A stretch of DNA of 64,000 nucleotides, from positions 141 through 64,140 of the forward strand of contig JAJQJM010000001.1 in assembly GCA_021323475.1 (NCBI GenBank), read 5' to 3'. The DNA is from Vampirovibrio sp. (lineage in GTDB: Bacteria > Cyanobacteriota > Vampirovibrionia > Vampirovibrionales > Vampirovibrionaceae). Position 1 is the stretch's first letter. Each line of letters opens with the position of its first letter. Under the pieces are notes generated by a model. That model worked only from the letters and a program-made list of their open reading frames with translations, was not told where the DNA came from and ran no database searches. Below are positions 27,307 to 37,629 of this stretch, piece by piece. A program made the translations under genes and the position numbers.

Positions 27307-28833
27307 ATGATTACACCGGGATTTTTCGGTTTATTTAACGCTCATCGCGGCCTCGTGGCGACTCAGAACGCGTTAAGCACCATCAGCCATAACATTTCCA
27401 ACGCCAATACGCCAGGCTACAGCCGCCAGCGGGTTGATTTAGCCGCCGCCCCGGCCTATACGCCCACGTCAAGGCACGAGGTAACCGCGAATCAAATCGG
27501 TCAGGGACCGGTGGTGGAAAAAATCAGCCGCAGCCGGGATCTGTTCCTGGATACCCAGTTCCGACTGGCCAGTGGCAAGCTGGGCATGAACACGGATATG
27601 CGCGACATTCTGGCGCAACTGGAAGGCATTATGAATGAGCCTTCCACCAACAGCCTGAACAACACCCTGCAAACCCTGTTCGATTCCGCCCAGGAATTAA
27701 GCCTGCACCCGGAAAGTTCCGCCACCCGCACCAACTTCATCCAGCAATCCATGGATTTGGTGTCCATTGTGCAACTGCAAGCCACCCAGCTTTACGATCT
27801 GCGCAAGAACCTGGTTGGCGATGCGCTGGTGCCAACCAGCTTCAACACCAGCCAGTTGGCTATCAATGTATCGGAAGTGAACAGCAAGTTATCCGCCATT
27901 GCCTCCCTCAACAGCAATATCGTCACGATTAAGGCTTCCGGTGCGGAACCAAACGACTTGCTGGATCAGCGGGACAAGCTGCTGGATGACCTGTCCAAGC
28001 TGGTGGATATTAAAATTACCAACTACGACAACGGCCAGCTCGACCTTAGCATTGGTGGGGAAAATATGGTTTTGGGCGGGCGCCAGGTCGATAGCCTGGA
28101 AGTCATCCAGAATCCCGGCCCGGCACCGGACCCGGCCGACGTGCCTTCCCTGGTGCAAACCGTAACAAGCGGCGTGATTCTGAACGATGCCACCGGTTCG
28201 GAGATCACCGGCGGTAAAATCAAGGGCATCTTGGACATGGGCGGAAACGATCCGGGTCTCAGCACCGTCCAGGGCATTTTGGGCAAGCTGAACACGTTGG
28301 TGGACACCATTGCCACGGAAATCAACAATCTGCAAGCCGCCGGCCGGGACCAGAACGGAAACCTAGGCCCACCGGACCTGTTCCTGCAGAACGCGGCCAT
28401 CAATCCCGGCCAACCGCTCAACCTGTTTCACTGGGAAATAAACCCCGCCATTGTAAATGATCCCAGCCTGATTGCCGCCGCCATTGATGACCCCACGGCC
28501 ACCGGCGGATTTGCCGGCGTGGGTGACGGACGGAACGCAACCGCCATCGCCCAGCTTCGGGATCAATCCTTCGCCGCCCTGGGAACCAGCTTTGTGGATT
28601 ACCTGAACGGCACCATTTCCAAGCTTAGTATCGACAGTCAAACCTATCAGAACGGCAGCAATATCCAGGAAAACCTGACCCAGACCATCGATTTGCGCCG
28701 TCAGTCCCTGAGCGGCGTGAACGTGGACGAGGAAACCATTGACTTGCTGCGTTTCCAGCGCTCCTTCGAAGCGACCTCAAAGGCCATCAAGGTTTTCGAC
28801 GAAGTGATCCAAAGCATTATCGGCATGGTTTAA
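27307..28833 (+). CDS. flgK: flagellar hook-associated protein 1 FlgK
   Basis: GLVATQNALSTISHNISNANTPGYSRQRV at the N-terminus and a conserved C-terminal LLRFQRSFEA motif. Confidence 0.9.
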   Translation: MITPGFFGLFNAHRGLVATQNALSTISHNISNANTPGYSRQRVDLAAAPAYTPTSRHEVTANQIGQGPVVEKISRSRDLFLDTQFRLASGKLGMNTDMRDILAQLEGIMNEPSTNSLNNTLQTLFDSAQELSLHPESSATRTNFIQQSMDLVSIVQLQATQLYDLRKNLVGDALVPTSFNTSQLAINVSEVNSKLSAIASLNSNIVTIKASGAEPNDLLDQRDKLLDDLSKLVDIKITNYDNGQLDLSIGGENMVLGGRQVDSLEVIQNPGPAPDPADVPSLVQTVTSGVILNDATGSEITGGKIKGILDMGGNDPGLSTVQGILGKLNTLVDTIATEINNLQAAGRDQNGNLGPPDLFLQNAAINPGQPLNLFHWEINPAIVNDPSLIAAAIDDPTATGGFAGVGDGRNATAIAQLRDQSFAALGTSFVDYLNGTISKLSIDSQTYQNGSNIQENLTQTIDLRRQSLSGVNVDEETIDLLRFQRSFEATSKAIKVFDEVIQSIIGMV

Positions 28834-28860
28834 GGCACGGTTTAAAAGGAGTGGTTCATC

Positions 28861-29826
28861 ATGGGCATCAATCGCATCACCTCTTCGCTAATGAGCAATC
28901 AGGCATTGAACTACCTGGGCAAAAACCTGTCCCTGTTAACCAGCATGCAGGAAAAGATTTCCTCCGGGCAGAATATCAACAAGCCCTCCGATGACCCCAT
29001 CGGGCTGACCCGCATTTTGGACCTCTCCAATACCCTGAAAACCGACGCGCGGTATTCCAGCAACATTCAGGACGCCATTTCCGAAGTAAATACCGCCGAC
29101 ACGGTCATCAACAACATGGTGGAACTCGTTCAGCGGGCCCAGGAACTGGCGACGCAGGGCGCGAACTTCACCAACAACCAAGACGGCCGGAATGCGATTG
29201 CCCTGGAAATCGACCAGTTAATCAACCAAATGGTGCAACTTGGCAATACCGATATTAGCGGCAAATACCTCTTCGGAGGCTTTAGGACCGACATCCCCCC
29301 CTTTAGCCGCACCGGAGACGATATTTCCTATAACGGCACCCCCCCTACCGAAAGCTGGCAGCGCAGCGTGGATATTTCCCGTGGTGTGCAAATCACCACC
29401 AACATCAACGGAGATGACCTGCTGGGACAGGTCGGGGTCACCGCCGCCGGGCCGCCCTTGCCTTCTACCTATTCCGCCGCTTCTCACGGGGTGTTTAAAA
29501 CCTTGATTGACTTGAAACTGAGCCTCCAGGCCAGCGGCGATCCCAACCAGCTGACTGAAATCCGCAACCGCCTGGACGAATTAACCACCGACCTGAATAC
29601 CGTCCTCAGCAAACAGGCTATTATCGGCTCGGCCTCTAACCGCCTGGAAGTCACCCAGGGCCGCCTGGATGAGCGCAAGTCGGTTCTCACCAAGCAATAC
29701 GCTTCCATTCAGGACATTGACATGGCCAAAACCATTGCCGACTTGAACCAGCAACAGAACGTGTTTCAGGCATCCCTTACCGTGACGGGGCGACTGCTGC
29801 AGACCAGTCTGCTCAATTATTTATAG
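28861..29826 (+). CDS. flgL: flagellar hook-associated protein 3 FlgL
   Basis: RITSSLMSNQALNYLGKNLSLL…SSGQNINKPSDDP is the flagellin-like N-domain of FlgL. Confidence 0.85.
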   Translation: MGINRITSSLMSNQALNYLGKNLSLLTSMQEKISSGQNINKPSDDPIGLTRILDLSNTLKTDARYSSNIQDAISEVNTADTVINNMVELVQRAQELATQGANFTNNQDGRNAIALEIDQLINQMVQLGNTDISGKYLFGGFRTDIPPFSRTGDDISYNGTPPTESWQRSVDISRGVQITTNINGDDLLGQVGVTAAGPPLPSTYSAASHGVFKTLIDLKLSLQASGDPNQLTEIRNRLDELTTDLNTVLSKQAIIGSASNRLEVTQGRLDERKSVLTKQYASIQDIDMAKTIADLNQQQNVFQASLTVTGRLLQTSLLNYL

Positions 29827-30043
29827 ACGGCTTACGCACCGCCCTCGGCCGATGTTTGATCCTGCCAACCATCCCTGACGAATTTCAGGGAACATGCCCG
29901 CCTGTTTCGCATCTGGAGTAGTATCCCTTGCCAAAATCGAGACTCAGGCTGACCCGTACGGCTCCTCCGCTTTTAGGACGTGCAGCGTCTTTAACTTCGG
30001 TTACAATAAGGGGACATTCGTTAAGCTTCGAATTGAGTGAATC

Positions 30044-31081
30044 ATGCGCAAAATCGTCTTTTCTCTCTCCCTGATTACCATGCTGGCCACCTCTGCCGCG
30101 CTGCCCCTTGTGTCGCATGCGGCAAAACCGGCGCCCTCCTCTCCCATGCGGATGGAAACGCCCAAGGCCGACCTCCAGGATATGACCGCCGTACAGGAGG
30201 TTTTGCGCGATCTGATGGCCGCCTCCAACCGTCACGATATGGAAGGCGTGCTGAAGCATTACTCTCCCAATTTCATCAGCGGCGACAGCCTCAGCCTGAA
30301 GGACATTCGCGGGCTGATTCAGGACACCTGGAAAATGTTTCCCGATATCAAGTATGAAAGCCAGATCCTGGAAATTCGCATCAATGGGGATTGGACCACC
30401 GTAGAAAGTATTGATACCGCCACGGCGACCGCCAAAGTGGACCCGGTCATCAGCACCAAGCCCGGCACCATGAAAAGCCGTTCCCGCGGCATGCTGTACC
30501 TGCACCGGCTGGGCAAGCATTGGGAAATCCAGAGCGATGCCACCTTATACGAAAAAGCCACCATTACCTACGGCCCGTTTGAAAACGTGAATATTGACGT
30601 AGAGACGCCCGAACAGGTATTTTCCGGCGAGCCGTACACGGCTCGGGTAAAAGTCGGCGTCCCCTCCGGCAACATCGCGTTTGCCACCCTGTCTCAGGAG
30701 GCATTGACCTATCCGCAGCACTCCAGCAAAGACAAGTTCAGGACTTTATCTTCCGATAAAACCGATTTGGAGCGCATTTTTAAAGCCAATGCCACCAATA
30801 ACAACGAAGTGGTGACCGCCACCGTCGGCTTTACCGAAATCGGCCAGGACGAACAAGAGCGGCCCACCATTAACCTGAAGGGCATCCTGACTGTGGTGAA
30901 GCGTGTAAACGTGACACCCAAAAGCACATTTAAAGAAGAGAATCCCGCTCAACAGGTAGTGCACTACACCGCAGACGGCAAAGTAAAAGTAGAGCCAAAC
31001 ACAACCGGCAACTCGGCGGAGGACGATACGATGTCCGGCCCCAATCAGTCTGAGCCGGACATGGGCGAACCGCAAGACTAA
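30044..31081 (+). CDS. secreted protein with an NTF2-like (SnoaL/DUF4440-like) domain
   Basis: Signal peptide MRKIVFSLSLITMLATSAALPLVSHA. Residues ~45-160 resemble NTF2-fold domains. Confidence 0.5.
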   Translation: MRKIVFSLSLITMLATSAALPLVSHAAKPAPSSPMRMETPKADLQDMTAVQEVLRDLMAASNRHDMEGVLKHYSPNFISGDSLSLKDIRGLIQDTWKMFPDIKYESQILEIRINGDWTTVESIDTATATAKVDPVISTKPGTMKSRSRGMLYLHRLGKHWEIQSDATLYEKATITYGPFENVNIDVETPEQVFSGEPYTARVKVGVPSGNIAFATLSQEALTYPQHSSKDKFRTLSSDKTDLERIFKANATNNNEVVTATVGFTEIGQDEQERPTINLKGILTVVKRVNVTPKSTFKEENPAQQVVHYTADGKVKVEPNTTGNSAEDDTMSGPNQSEPDMGEPQD

Positions 31082-31084
31082 CCG

Positions 31085-31594
31085 ATGAACACCCATTCCA
31101 AATGGATTCTCTTGGGGCTGACCGCTGGGTTTACCCTGCTGGATCAGGCGTCAAAGTGGCTGGCCCAGACCTATTTAGTGCCTAAGGAGTCCTTGCCGGT
31201 TATTCCGGATGTGTTCCACCTGACCTTGGCTTACAATACCGGCGCGGCTTTCAGCCTGCTGCGAAACCAGCCGCAACTGTTAACCGGCCTGACGGCATTG
31301 CTGTTTCTGATCTTATTGGTCTATGGCTTCAGTCGTCGACAATTCCTGAAAGGCGAACTGCTGGCCACTGCCCTGGTACTGGGTGGCGCGCTCGGCAATT
31401 TGCTGGATCGGCTGCTGTTGGGGCATGTGATTGATTATTTTGACGTGGTCGCCATCCATTACCCAATCTTTAACGTGGCGGACAGCTTTATTTTTTGCGG
31501 CGTCATTGTGCTGGCCTGGCGGCAACTCACCCATCAGCCGGCAGAGGAGTCGATAAAACCCATGCCTGCTCAAGAACCGTCCGGGAATGAATGA
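31085..31594 (+). CDS. lspA: lipoprotein signal peptidase II
   Basis: NTGAAFSLL and FNVADSFIFCGV motifs. Confidence 0.85.
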   Translation: MNTHSKWILLGLTAGFTLLDQASKWLAQTYLVPKESLPVIPDVFHLTLAYNTGAAFSLLRNQPQLLTGLTALLFLILLVYGFSRRQFLKGELLATALVLGGALGNLLDRLLLGHVIDYFDVVAIHYPIFNVADSFIFCGVIVLAWRQLTHQPAEESIKPMPAQEPSGNE

Positions 31595-32582
31595 TCGACA
31601 GCCCATTATGCCCGAACAGCACAGCCGGCCCCAAGTTCCAGCCAACCAGCATCGACTGATTGTGAATGAGGAAAGCCAGGGGGAACGGCTGGATAAGTTG
31701 CTGGCCACCGAGTTGGAAGAATTTTCCCTGTCACGGGAGCGGATTCAGTCCTTAATTAAAGAAGGCATGGTTACGGTCAATCAGGCCAGGGAAACCAAGC
31801 CTTCGTTCCGGTTAAAGGAAGGGGACACACTGCAAGTCACCATTCCGGAAGCCCAACCCATTGCCCTGGAAGCGGAAGCCATACCGCTGGAAGTGGTTTA
31901 TGAGGATGATGCGCTGCTGGTGGTCAATAAACCCAGCGGCATGCTGACCCACCCCACCGGCAGAGAGCGTTACGGCACCCTGGTAAACGCCTTGCTGGCA
32001 CATTGTGGCAGCAGCCTTTCCGGCATTAATGGTATGATTCGCCCCGGCATTGTACACCGGCTGGATCGGGAAACCTCCGGCCTGCTCATGGTGGCTAAAA
32101 CCGATGCGGCCCACTTTCACATGTCGGACCAACTGAAGGAAAAAACCGCCCGCCGGGATTACCGGGCCATTGCCCAAGGACAGTTCACCACCGACCAGGG
32201 CACCGTAAACGCCCCCATTGGCCGGAATCCTAAAAACCGGGACAAAATGGCCATTATTGAAGACGGCCGGCATGCGGTCACCCACTGGAAGGTGCTGGAG
32301 CGCATTGGCGACAAATACGCCCTGCTGGAATTGAGCCTGGAAACCGGGCGAACCCACCAGATTCGGGTCCATATGAGCCATATCGGGCACCCGTTACTGG
32401 GAGATCCCTTGTACGGCAGCGGCATTGATAAAGTGATCAAGCTTAAAACCCAAGGCCAGCTTCTACAAGCGTTTCGACTCAGCTTTACCCATCCGCTGAC
32501 CGAAGAGCGCCTGACCTTTGAAATCCCCCAGGATCCGGAGCTCACCCGCGTTTGGCATTGGTTGCAAGAACTTTCAACTTAA
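31587..32582 (+). CDS. rluD: RluA-family 23S rRNA pseudouridine synthase (RluD-like)
   Basis: Catalytic motif VHRLDRETSGLLMVAKT, an S4-like N-terminus, and the classic lspA-rluD adjacency. Confidence 0.85.
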   Translation: MNDRQPIMPEQHSRPQVPANQHRLIVNEESQGERLDKLLATELEEFSLSRERIQSLIKEGMVTVNQARETKPSFRLKEGDTLQVTIPEAQPIALEAEAIPLEVVYEDDALLVVNKPSGMLTHPTGRERYGTLVNALLAHCGSSLSGINGMIRPGIVHRLDRETSGLLMVAKTDAAHFHMSDQLKEKTARRDYRAIAQGQFTTDQGTVNAPIGRNPKNRDKMAIIEDGRHAVTHWKVLERIGDKYALLELSLETGRTHQIRVHMSHIGHPLLGDPLYGSGIDKVIKLKTQGQLLQAFRLSFTHPLTEERLTFEIPQDPELTRVWHWLQELST

Positions 32583-32700
32583 CAATAAAATTGAAAGATC
32601 AATCGATTTGGGGCAAAATAAGGCAGAAATCTGTCCGATGCTGGAGGTATTCCCGCCGGGCGGTACCCGAAGGCCACTTCCCCAACAAAGGCGGAATGCA

Positions 32701-33066
32701 ATGCTTAAAGCTCAACGATTGCTCTTAAACCTAGTGGCGGTCATTTTTCTGGCCCTGACCCTGGCGTTAATCGTTCAGAATCTGGCGGTTCAAACCCCGG
32801 TCCAGTTTTTCACAGAAACCCTGTCGCCGGTATCGCTGGGCTTGCTGCTGGGCGGTTGCAGCCTGCTGCTGGGCGGAGCCATTCTGCTGAAAATGTGGGA
32901 GCGCCTGTTGATTGTGGGCGAGCAGAAGAAAAAGGCCAGCCGGGAGCTGGAACGCAAGGACGTTTCCCGTGAAGAGGCCGAAGAAAAGGTAAAAGTACTG
33001 GAAAGCAAGGTGCAAACCCTGGAAAAAGCCTTGAGCGAAGCCTTGAAAAGCAGCCAACCCCGTTAG
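32701..33066 (+). CDS. LapA/DUF1049-like inner-membrane protein with a coiled-coil tail
   Basis: Two TM segments followed by KKKASRELERKDVSREEAEEKVKVLESKVQTLEKAL. Confidence 0.45.
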   Translation: MLKAQRLLLNLVAVIFLALTLALIVQNLAVQTPVQFFTETLSPVSLGLLLGGCSLLLGGAILLKMWERLLIVGEQKKKASRELERKDVSREEAEEKVKVLESKVQTLEKALSEALKSSQPR

Positions 33067-33092
33067 TTTGAGCGAGAGATTTAGACCCGTCC

Positions 33093-33779
33093 ATGCAGGC
33101 GATTATTGAATTGATCGGAAGGCCCCGTGCCGGTAAAACCACCTTAGCCAACATTCTGGGCGATGAACTTTTCCCCGCGTCGGTATTGTATATTGATGCA
33201 TCCCCCGATCAGCGTTTGACGACCATGATGGCCCCGGAATCCCCTCAGTTGACCCTGGGAAGGATCTTCAGTCAGCAAACGGATGCGACAGGCTCCCGTG
33301 AGGCCGTGGACTGGGTATTTAGCGACTTGACCGTGGCCGTCGGCGAAGAGAATGAGCTGATTACCGTCGGCAGTTTGCCGGACGAGATTGATCTGGTCGC
33401 CCGTGAAAAGCTGCGTTACGGCTTGAACCGGCTGGCGGAAACTTATGATTACGTCATTATTGACGGCCATCACCCGCTATTGCACAACTTATTGCCGGAT
33501 GAGCGTCTTCGCTCACTGGAAATTTTAACGCCGGAAGGCTTTTCAAGCTGGATTCCACCCCAGGAGGGAGAACTCCTGCATACCCCTTCCCTGATTTTGA
33601 ACCGCTACGGTGAAGATCCTTTGCCCAAACCGCTGGATGACGCCATCACCCACCATCAGGTGCGGCTCATCGGAAAACTTCCGGCCTATCCGACTGTGGA
33701 AGATTGCATCCGCAAGCTGCCGGATGATTTCCGCAACTGCCTGCTTAAGCTGGACATTCCACTGAACCTGAAACCTTGA
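33093..33779 (+). CDS. P-loop NTPase, MinD/ParA/CooC-like with a non-deviant Walker A
   Basis: GRPRAGKTTLANILG (Walker A) and YVIIDGHH (Walker-B-like). Confidence 0.4.
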   Translation: MQAIIELIGRPRAGKTTLANILGDELFPASVLYIDASPDQRLTTMMAPESPQLTLGRIFSQQTDATGSREAVDWVFSDLTVAVGEENELITVGSLPDEIDLVAREKLRYGLNRLAETYDYVIIDGHHPLLHNLLPDERLRSLEILTPEGFSSWIPPQEGELLHTPSLILNRYGEDPLPKPLDDAITHHQVRLIGKLPAYPTVEDCIRKLPDDFRNCLLKLDIPLNLKP

Positions 33780-33855
33780 TTGCCCTGATAAGCATCCATA
33801 GAAGGAGCAACCAAAGAAGGGGCAACCGAAAAACCCCGGTGGTTTTCTTCCAATC

Positions 33856-35292
33856 ATGACGCCGACTTTAATATTGCTAATCGCTTACTTTGCCGTTGTG
33901 CTTCTGGCAGCCCGTTTCTTCTCGCGCCGGGTAAGCGATTTGAAGGACTTCTTCCTGGCAGGCCGGTCACTGGGTTCCTTCCCGGTGGCTTTGACATTGG
34001 CGGCATCGTGGTTTGGGGCCGCCTCCACGCTTGGCTCCATCAATGCCTTTCATGATCAGGGCTTAAGCGGCGCCTGGCAGATTGTGCTGCCGTCCATCCT
34101 CTCCTTCATTATCATCACCTTATTTATGGCAAAGCCGGTCGCCCGGCAGAACTTCATGTCTCAGCCGGAAGCGGTGGAGGCCCATTACGGCAAGCTAGGA
34201 CGCCTGCTACTGGCCTTGATTATTCTGGCATCGGGCACTGTTCTGATCAGTTCCCAAATGGTTGTGGCGGGCAAGTTTTTTCAACTGATGTTCGGGCTGG
34301 ACATTACCTGGGCCACTATTATCAGCACCGCTGTTGTCGTCAGTTACGCCATGTGGGGCGGGTATTTTACGGTGGTCGTCACGGATATCGCCCAAATCAT
34401 CTTCATTGTGGCCGGTTTTCTGGTTCTGCTGCTGTTTACATCATCCGAAGCCATCCCAACCCCGGCGGCATGGCAGCACTTTATTACGCAGCAGCCGCCT
34501 CATTTCTGGAATTTAACCCATCAATGGCAGCAAAACATCTTCCTGGTTTTCACCTTTGTGCTGGCCTGGTGCATTGCCCCGGAAATGTGGCAGCGCATGT
34601 CCTCCACCCGCAACGAGGAGCAGGCGTTTAGGGCCGGATGGCAAGCCCTGCTGGTGATGTTGCTGCTATTCGGCATGATTACCGCCATCGGCCTGCTCAG
34701 CACCCAGCTGCTCGGCAAGAACGACGCGGTACTAATTGCGTTAGCCCAGCGCATTCCCAATCCGTTTCTCTGTGCCTTCGTGCTGATGGGCTTTTTATCC
34801 GCCGTCACCTCCACGATGGACTCCACCATGAATGTGGGCAGCCTGACCTTAACCCGCGATATCTACCAGAGTTTTCTACGCCCCCACGCCTCAACACGGG
34901 AGCTGATTTGGGCCGGGCGGATTGCCACGGTGCTGATTGTGCTGCCCGCCATGGCCATTGCGTTGTATTTTCAGGATCTCATCAAAATCCTGTGGATTTC
35001 TGCGGATATCTACGCATCCTGCATGTTCATTCCGGTGGTTGGCATGCTGTACCTCAAACATCCGGGGCGATTAAGCGGTGTGCTGGGCATGACCTGCGGG
35101 GGCATGATCGTGCTGCTGAGCATCTTGTTCCAGAATCATCTGGTACCCGATATACTGCATTGGCCGGATTGGCCCTATTCCACCCTGCTGGGAGTCGGAT
35201 TCAGCGGGCTGGGCTTTGGCGTTGGGTATTGGCTCTCCCGCCGACAGCCCGCTCCGGCAAAATCCGCTTCCGTTATACCAGATATGGGCTAG
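33856..35292 (+). CDS. sodium:solute symporter family transporter
   Basis: 478 aa, multi-TM, with the SSS-family N-terminal pattern (DFFLAGRSLG…AASWFGA). Confidence 0.8.
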   Translation: MTPTLILLIAYFAVVLLAARFFSRRVSDLKDFFLAGRSLGSFPVALTLAASWFGAASTLGSINAFHDQGLSGAWQIVLPSILSFIIITLFMAKPVARQNFMSQPEAVEAHYGKLGRLLLALIILASGTVLISSQMVVAGKFFQLMFGLDITWATIISTAVVVSYAMWGGYFTVVVTDIAQIIFIVAGFLVLLLFTSSEAIPTPAAWQHFITQQPPHFWNLTHQWQQNIFLVFTFVLAWCIAPEMWQRMSSTRNEEQAFRAGWQALLVMLLLFGMITAIGLLSTQLLGKNDAVLIALAQRIPNPFLCAFVLMGFLSAVTSTMDSTMNVGSLTLTRDIYQSFLRPHASTRELIWAGRIATVLIVLPAMAIALYFQDLIKILWISADIYASCMFIPVVGMLYLKHPGRLSGVLGMTCGGMIVLLSILFQNHLVPDILHWPDWPYSTLLGVGFSGLGFGVGYWLSRRQPAPAKSASVIPDMG

Positions 35293-35299
35293 CGAATGC

Positions 35300-36253
35300 T
35301 TAAGACCAGGGTGACAGTCTGGGTTGAGTGCCGCCATACGCATAACCTGGGTTGAACCCGGCATTAAACACGGTGGCCTTCAATGGCAAAGACGGCATCG
35401 TTGGTTGATAAGACAGTCCTTGAAATGGAGGGCCGTTCTCTTGGCTTGGCATGTATAACGGCGCTTGGGACAAAAAGGGTGCGGGAGGATTGGGTGCTTT
35501 TCCACCCAAGAGGCGGTTCATTCCCCACAGTAAGCCGGTTAACACCGACAAGTAACCGCTCAGCAGCGCCGTAGAGTAAATGGCCGTTTTTTTCAGGTCC
35601 GGCTTTCCATCGGGAACCAGATGCTCGTCCACCTTGTGCTGAATGTAATTCATCAACCGACCGTTGGAAGGGGTGCCCAGTTCTTTAGCAGTCAGGTGCT
35701 TGATTTTTTCTTCCAACAAGAATTTTGCCTTATCCGCATGAAAAATATTGGAGATAGAATCTTTCGCCCCATCGATGATGGCTTCCGCTTCTTCTTTTTT
35801 CAGGCTGACCTGCACCCCTTCCGCCTTCAGGAATTTACAAATCAGGCTGGTGCTAATCAGTGGGCGTATAAAGGCAAAGCCTACAAAACTCATTAACACC
35901 CCGCCTACCGTCATAGCGATTTGCCGGGTGGCCTCGTCCATTCCCCGTGTTTGCCCTGTGCCCGGCATACCCTGGGTTCGCCCGAACACCATATTCAACA
36001 AGCCACGCGTCAGCTCACCGCCGCCAAAATAACTCAATAAGCCAATGGTCCCGCTGACAAATTGCCGTCCGACTTCATTGACCTGCTGATTGTACTTCAC
36101 CACGTCCGACACGTTGGTGCGGGACATTTTATAGAACACCACCAACGGCGTTACAACGTTGGTGAGAACCGGCGCCAACCCGTTCAGCCAATAAATAAAG
36201 TTCGCCTGCTTCGGAGAAAGGCTGGTGCTGTAATAAGATTCGGGGGATGACAT
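35300..36253 (-). CDS. hypothetical membrane-associated protein
   Basis: 317 aa. A GGAGGA RBS lies 8 nt upstream. Several hydrophobic segments. Confidence 0.5.
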   Translation of the reverse strand: MSSPESYYSTSLSPKQANFIYWLNGLAPVLTNVVTPLVVFYKMSRTNVSDVVKYNQQVNEVGRQFVSGTIGLLSYFGGGELTRGLLNMVFGRTQGMPGTGQTRGMDEATRQIAMTVGGVLMSFVGFAFIRPLISTSLICKFLKAEGVQVSLKKEEAEAIIDGAKDSISNIFHADKAKFLLEEKIKHLTAKELGTPSNGRLMNYIQHKVDEHLVPDGKPDLKKTAIYSTALLSGYLSVLTGLLWGMNRLLGGKAPNPPAPFLSQAPLYMPSQENGPPFQGLSYQPTMPSLPLKATVFNAGFNPGYAYGGTQPRLSPWS

Positions 36254-36547
36254 TCAGGTTCCTCCGCTGGCAATGCCCGGCAATTTGGGGCTGGGCTCAC
36301 CAACCGGCATTCAGAGAAGCGGACATCGGGTTCGGATCGGATCAAGGCGGTGAATGGTTATAAAAATACCAATTTATCGGCCAATAGGCATGGTTGACTC
36401 TACTACACATGCAAGGGATTCACAATGATCCGCGTTTTTGGTGTTCAAACGGATTTGGGGTATGATAGCGGTGTTCCAACCCTTGTCAAGCAATTTTTTT
36501 AAACACCACGCCCTCACAAACACACTAAAATTAAAGGATTTATACGC

Positions 36548-37600
36548 TTGAGCACTCCTCACTCCGCCCCCCGCCTCGTTCGTGCCTGTAGAAACGAAAT
36601 TCTGGACCGTCCGCCGGTCTGGTTGATGCGCCAGGCGGGCCGCTATATGCCGGAATATCGGGCCATTCGGGAAAAGGTCAGCTTTCTGGAACTGTGCAAA
36701 AGTCCGGATCTGGCCGCAGAGGTCAGTCTGCAACCCTTCAAGGCATTCGGCATGGATGGCGTGATTATGTTCTCGGATATCCTGATTCCGCCGGAAGCAA
36801 TGGGTATGGAAGTGGTGTTTGGCGATGGTGGCCCGTCTTTCCCGAACCCGATTCAGAATGCTGCCGATGTAGACCGGCTGATTATTCCCGACCCGGTGGA
36901 AAAAACCGGCTTCGTCATGGACATTCTGCGGAAACTGCGCTCGGAGTTAGCCTCCAGCCCGGAAACCACCCTGATTGGCTTTGCTGGCTCCCCCTGGACG
37001 CTGGCCACCTATATGATTGAAGGCGGCGGCAGCAAGCAGTTCGCTAAAATCAAGGGCATGATGTACTCCGCGCCGGACGTATTGCACCGGTTGCTGGGCA
37101 AGCTTGCCGAAACCGTCACCCTGTACCTGAACGCCCAGATTGAAGCGGGCGCCCAGGTGGTGCAATTGTTCGACACCTGGGGCGGCATCCTCTCTGAGGA
37201 AGAGTACCGCCGGTTCATCCTGCCCTATCATAAGCAGATTATTGACGGCCTGAGCCGCGAACAGGCGCCTGTCATTCTGTATGTCAACAACAGCCGGGGC
37301 TTACTCCCGTTGATGGCTGAAGCCGGGCCGGATGTCATCAGCGTGGATCCGCTGACCTCGATTTCCTCCGCACGGGATATTGTCGGCCCTCGTTTCGCCC
37401 TGCAAGGCAACCTGGACCCTACCGCCCTGTTTGTCTCACCAGAGGTATTAAAACCGATGGTACAGTCTCTCATTCGGGAAGGCGGCAACCAAGGCTATAT
37501 CTTCAACCTGGGGCACGGCATTCTTCCCCCGACGCCGGTGGACAATGTACGCCTGCTGGTCGATTTAGTCAAAGAAAGCGCACTCGCGCGCACACCTTAA
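36548..37600 (+). CDS. hemE: uroporphyrinogen decarboxylase
   Basis: PVWLMRQAGRYMPEYR signature; TTG start. Confidence 0.9.
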   Translation: MSTPHSAPRLVRACRNEILDRPPVWLMRQAGRYMPEYRAIREKVSFLELCKSPDLAAEVSLQPFKAFGMDGVIMFSDILIPPEAMGMEVVFGDGGPSFPNPIQNAADVDRLIIPDPVEKTGFVMDILRKLRSELASSPETTLIGFAGSPWTLATYMIEGGGSKQFAKIKGMMYSAPDVLHRLLGKLAETVTLYLNAQIEAGAQVVQLFDTWGGILSEEEYRRFILPYHKQIIDGLSREQAPVILYVNNSRGLLPLMAEAGPDVISVDPLTSISSARDIVGPRFALQGNLDPTALFVSPEVLKPMVQSLIREGGNQGYIFNLGHGILPPTPVDNVRLLVDLVKESALARTP

Positions 37601-37629
37601 CGCGAACTATAAATTGGAGGCATTTTCCC

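Noticed and set aside
34638-35303. 221-aa plus-strand ORF in an alternate frame
   Set aside because: It lies within the sodium:solute symporter gene in another frame. The Arg/His/Pro-rich translation is a frame artefact.
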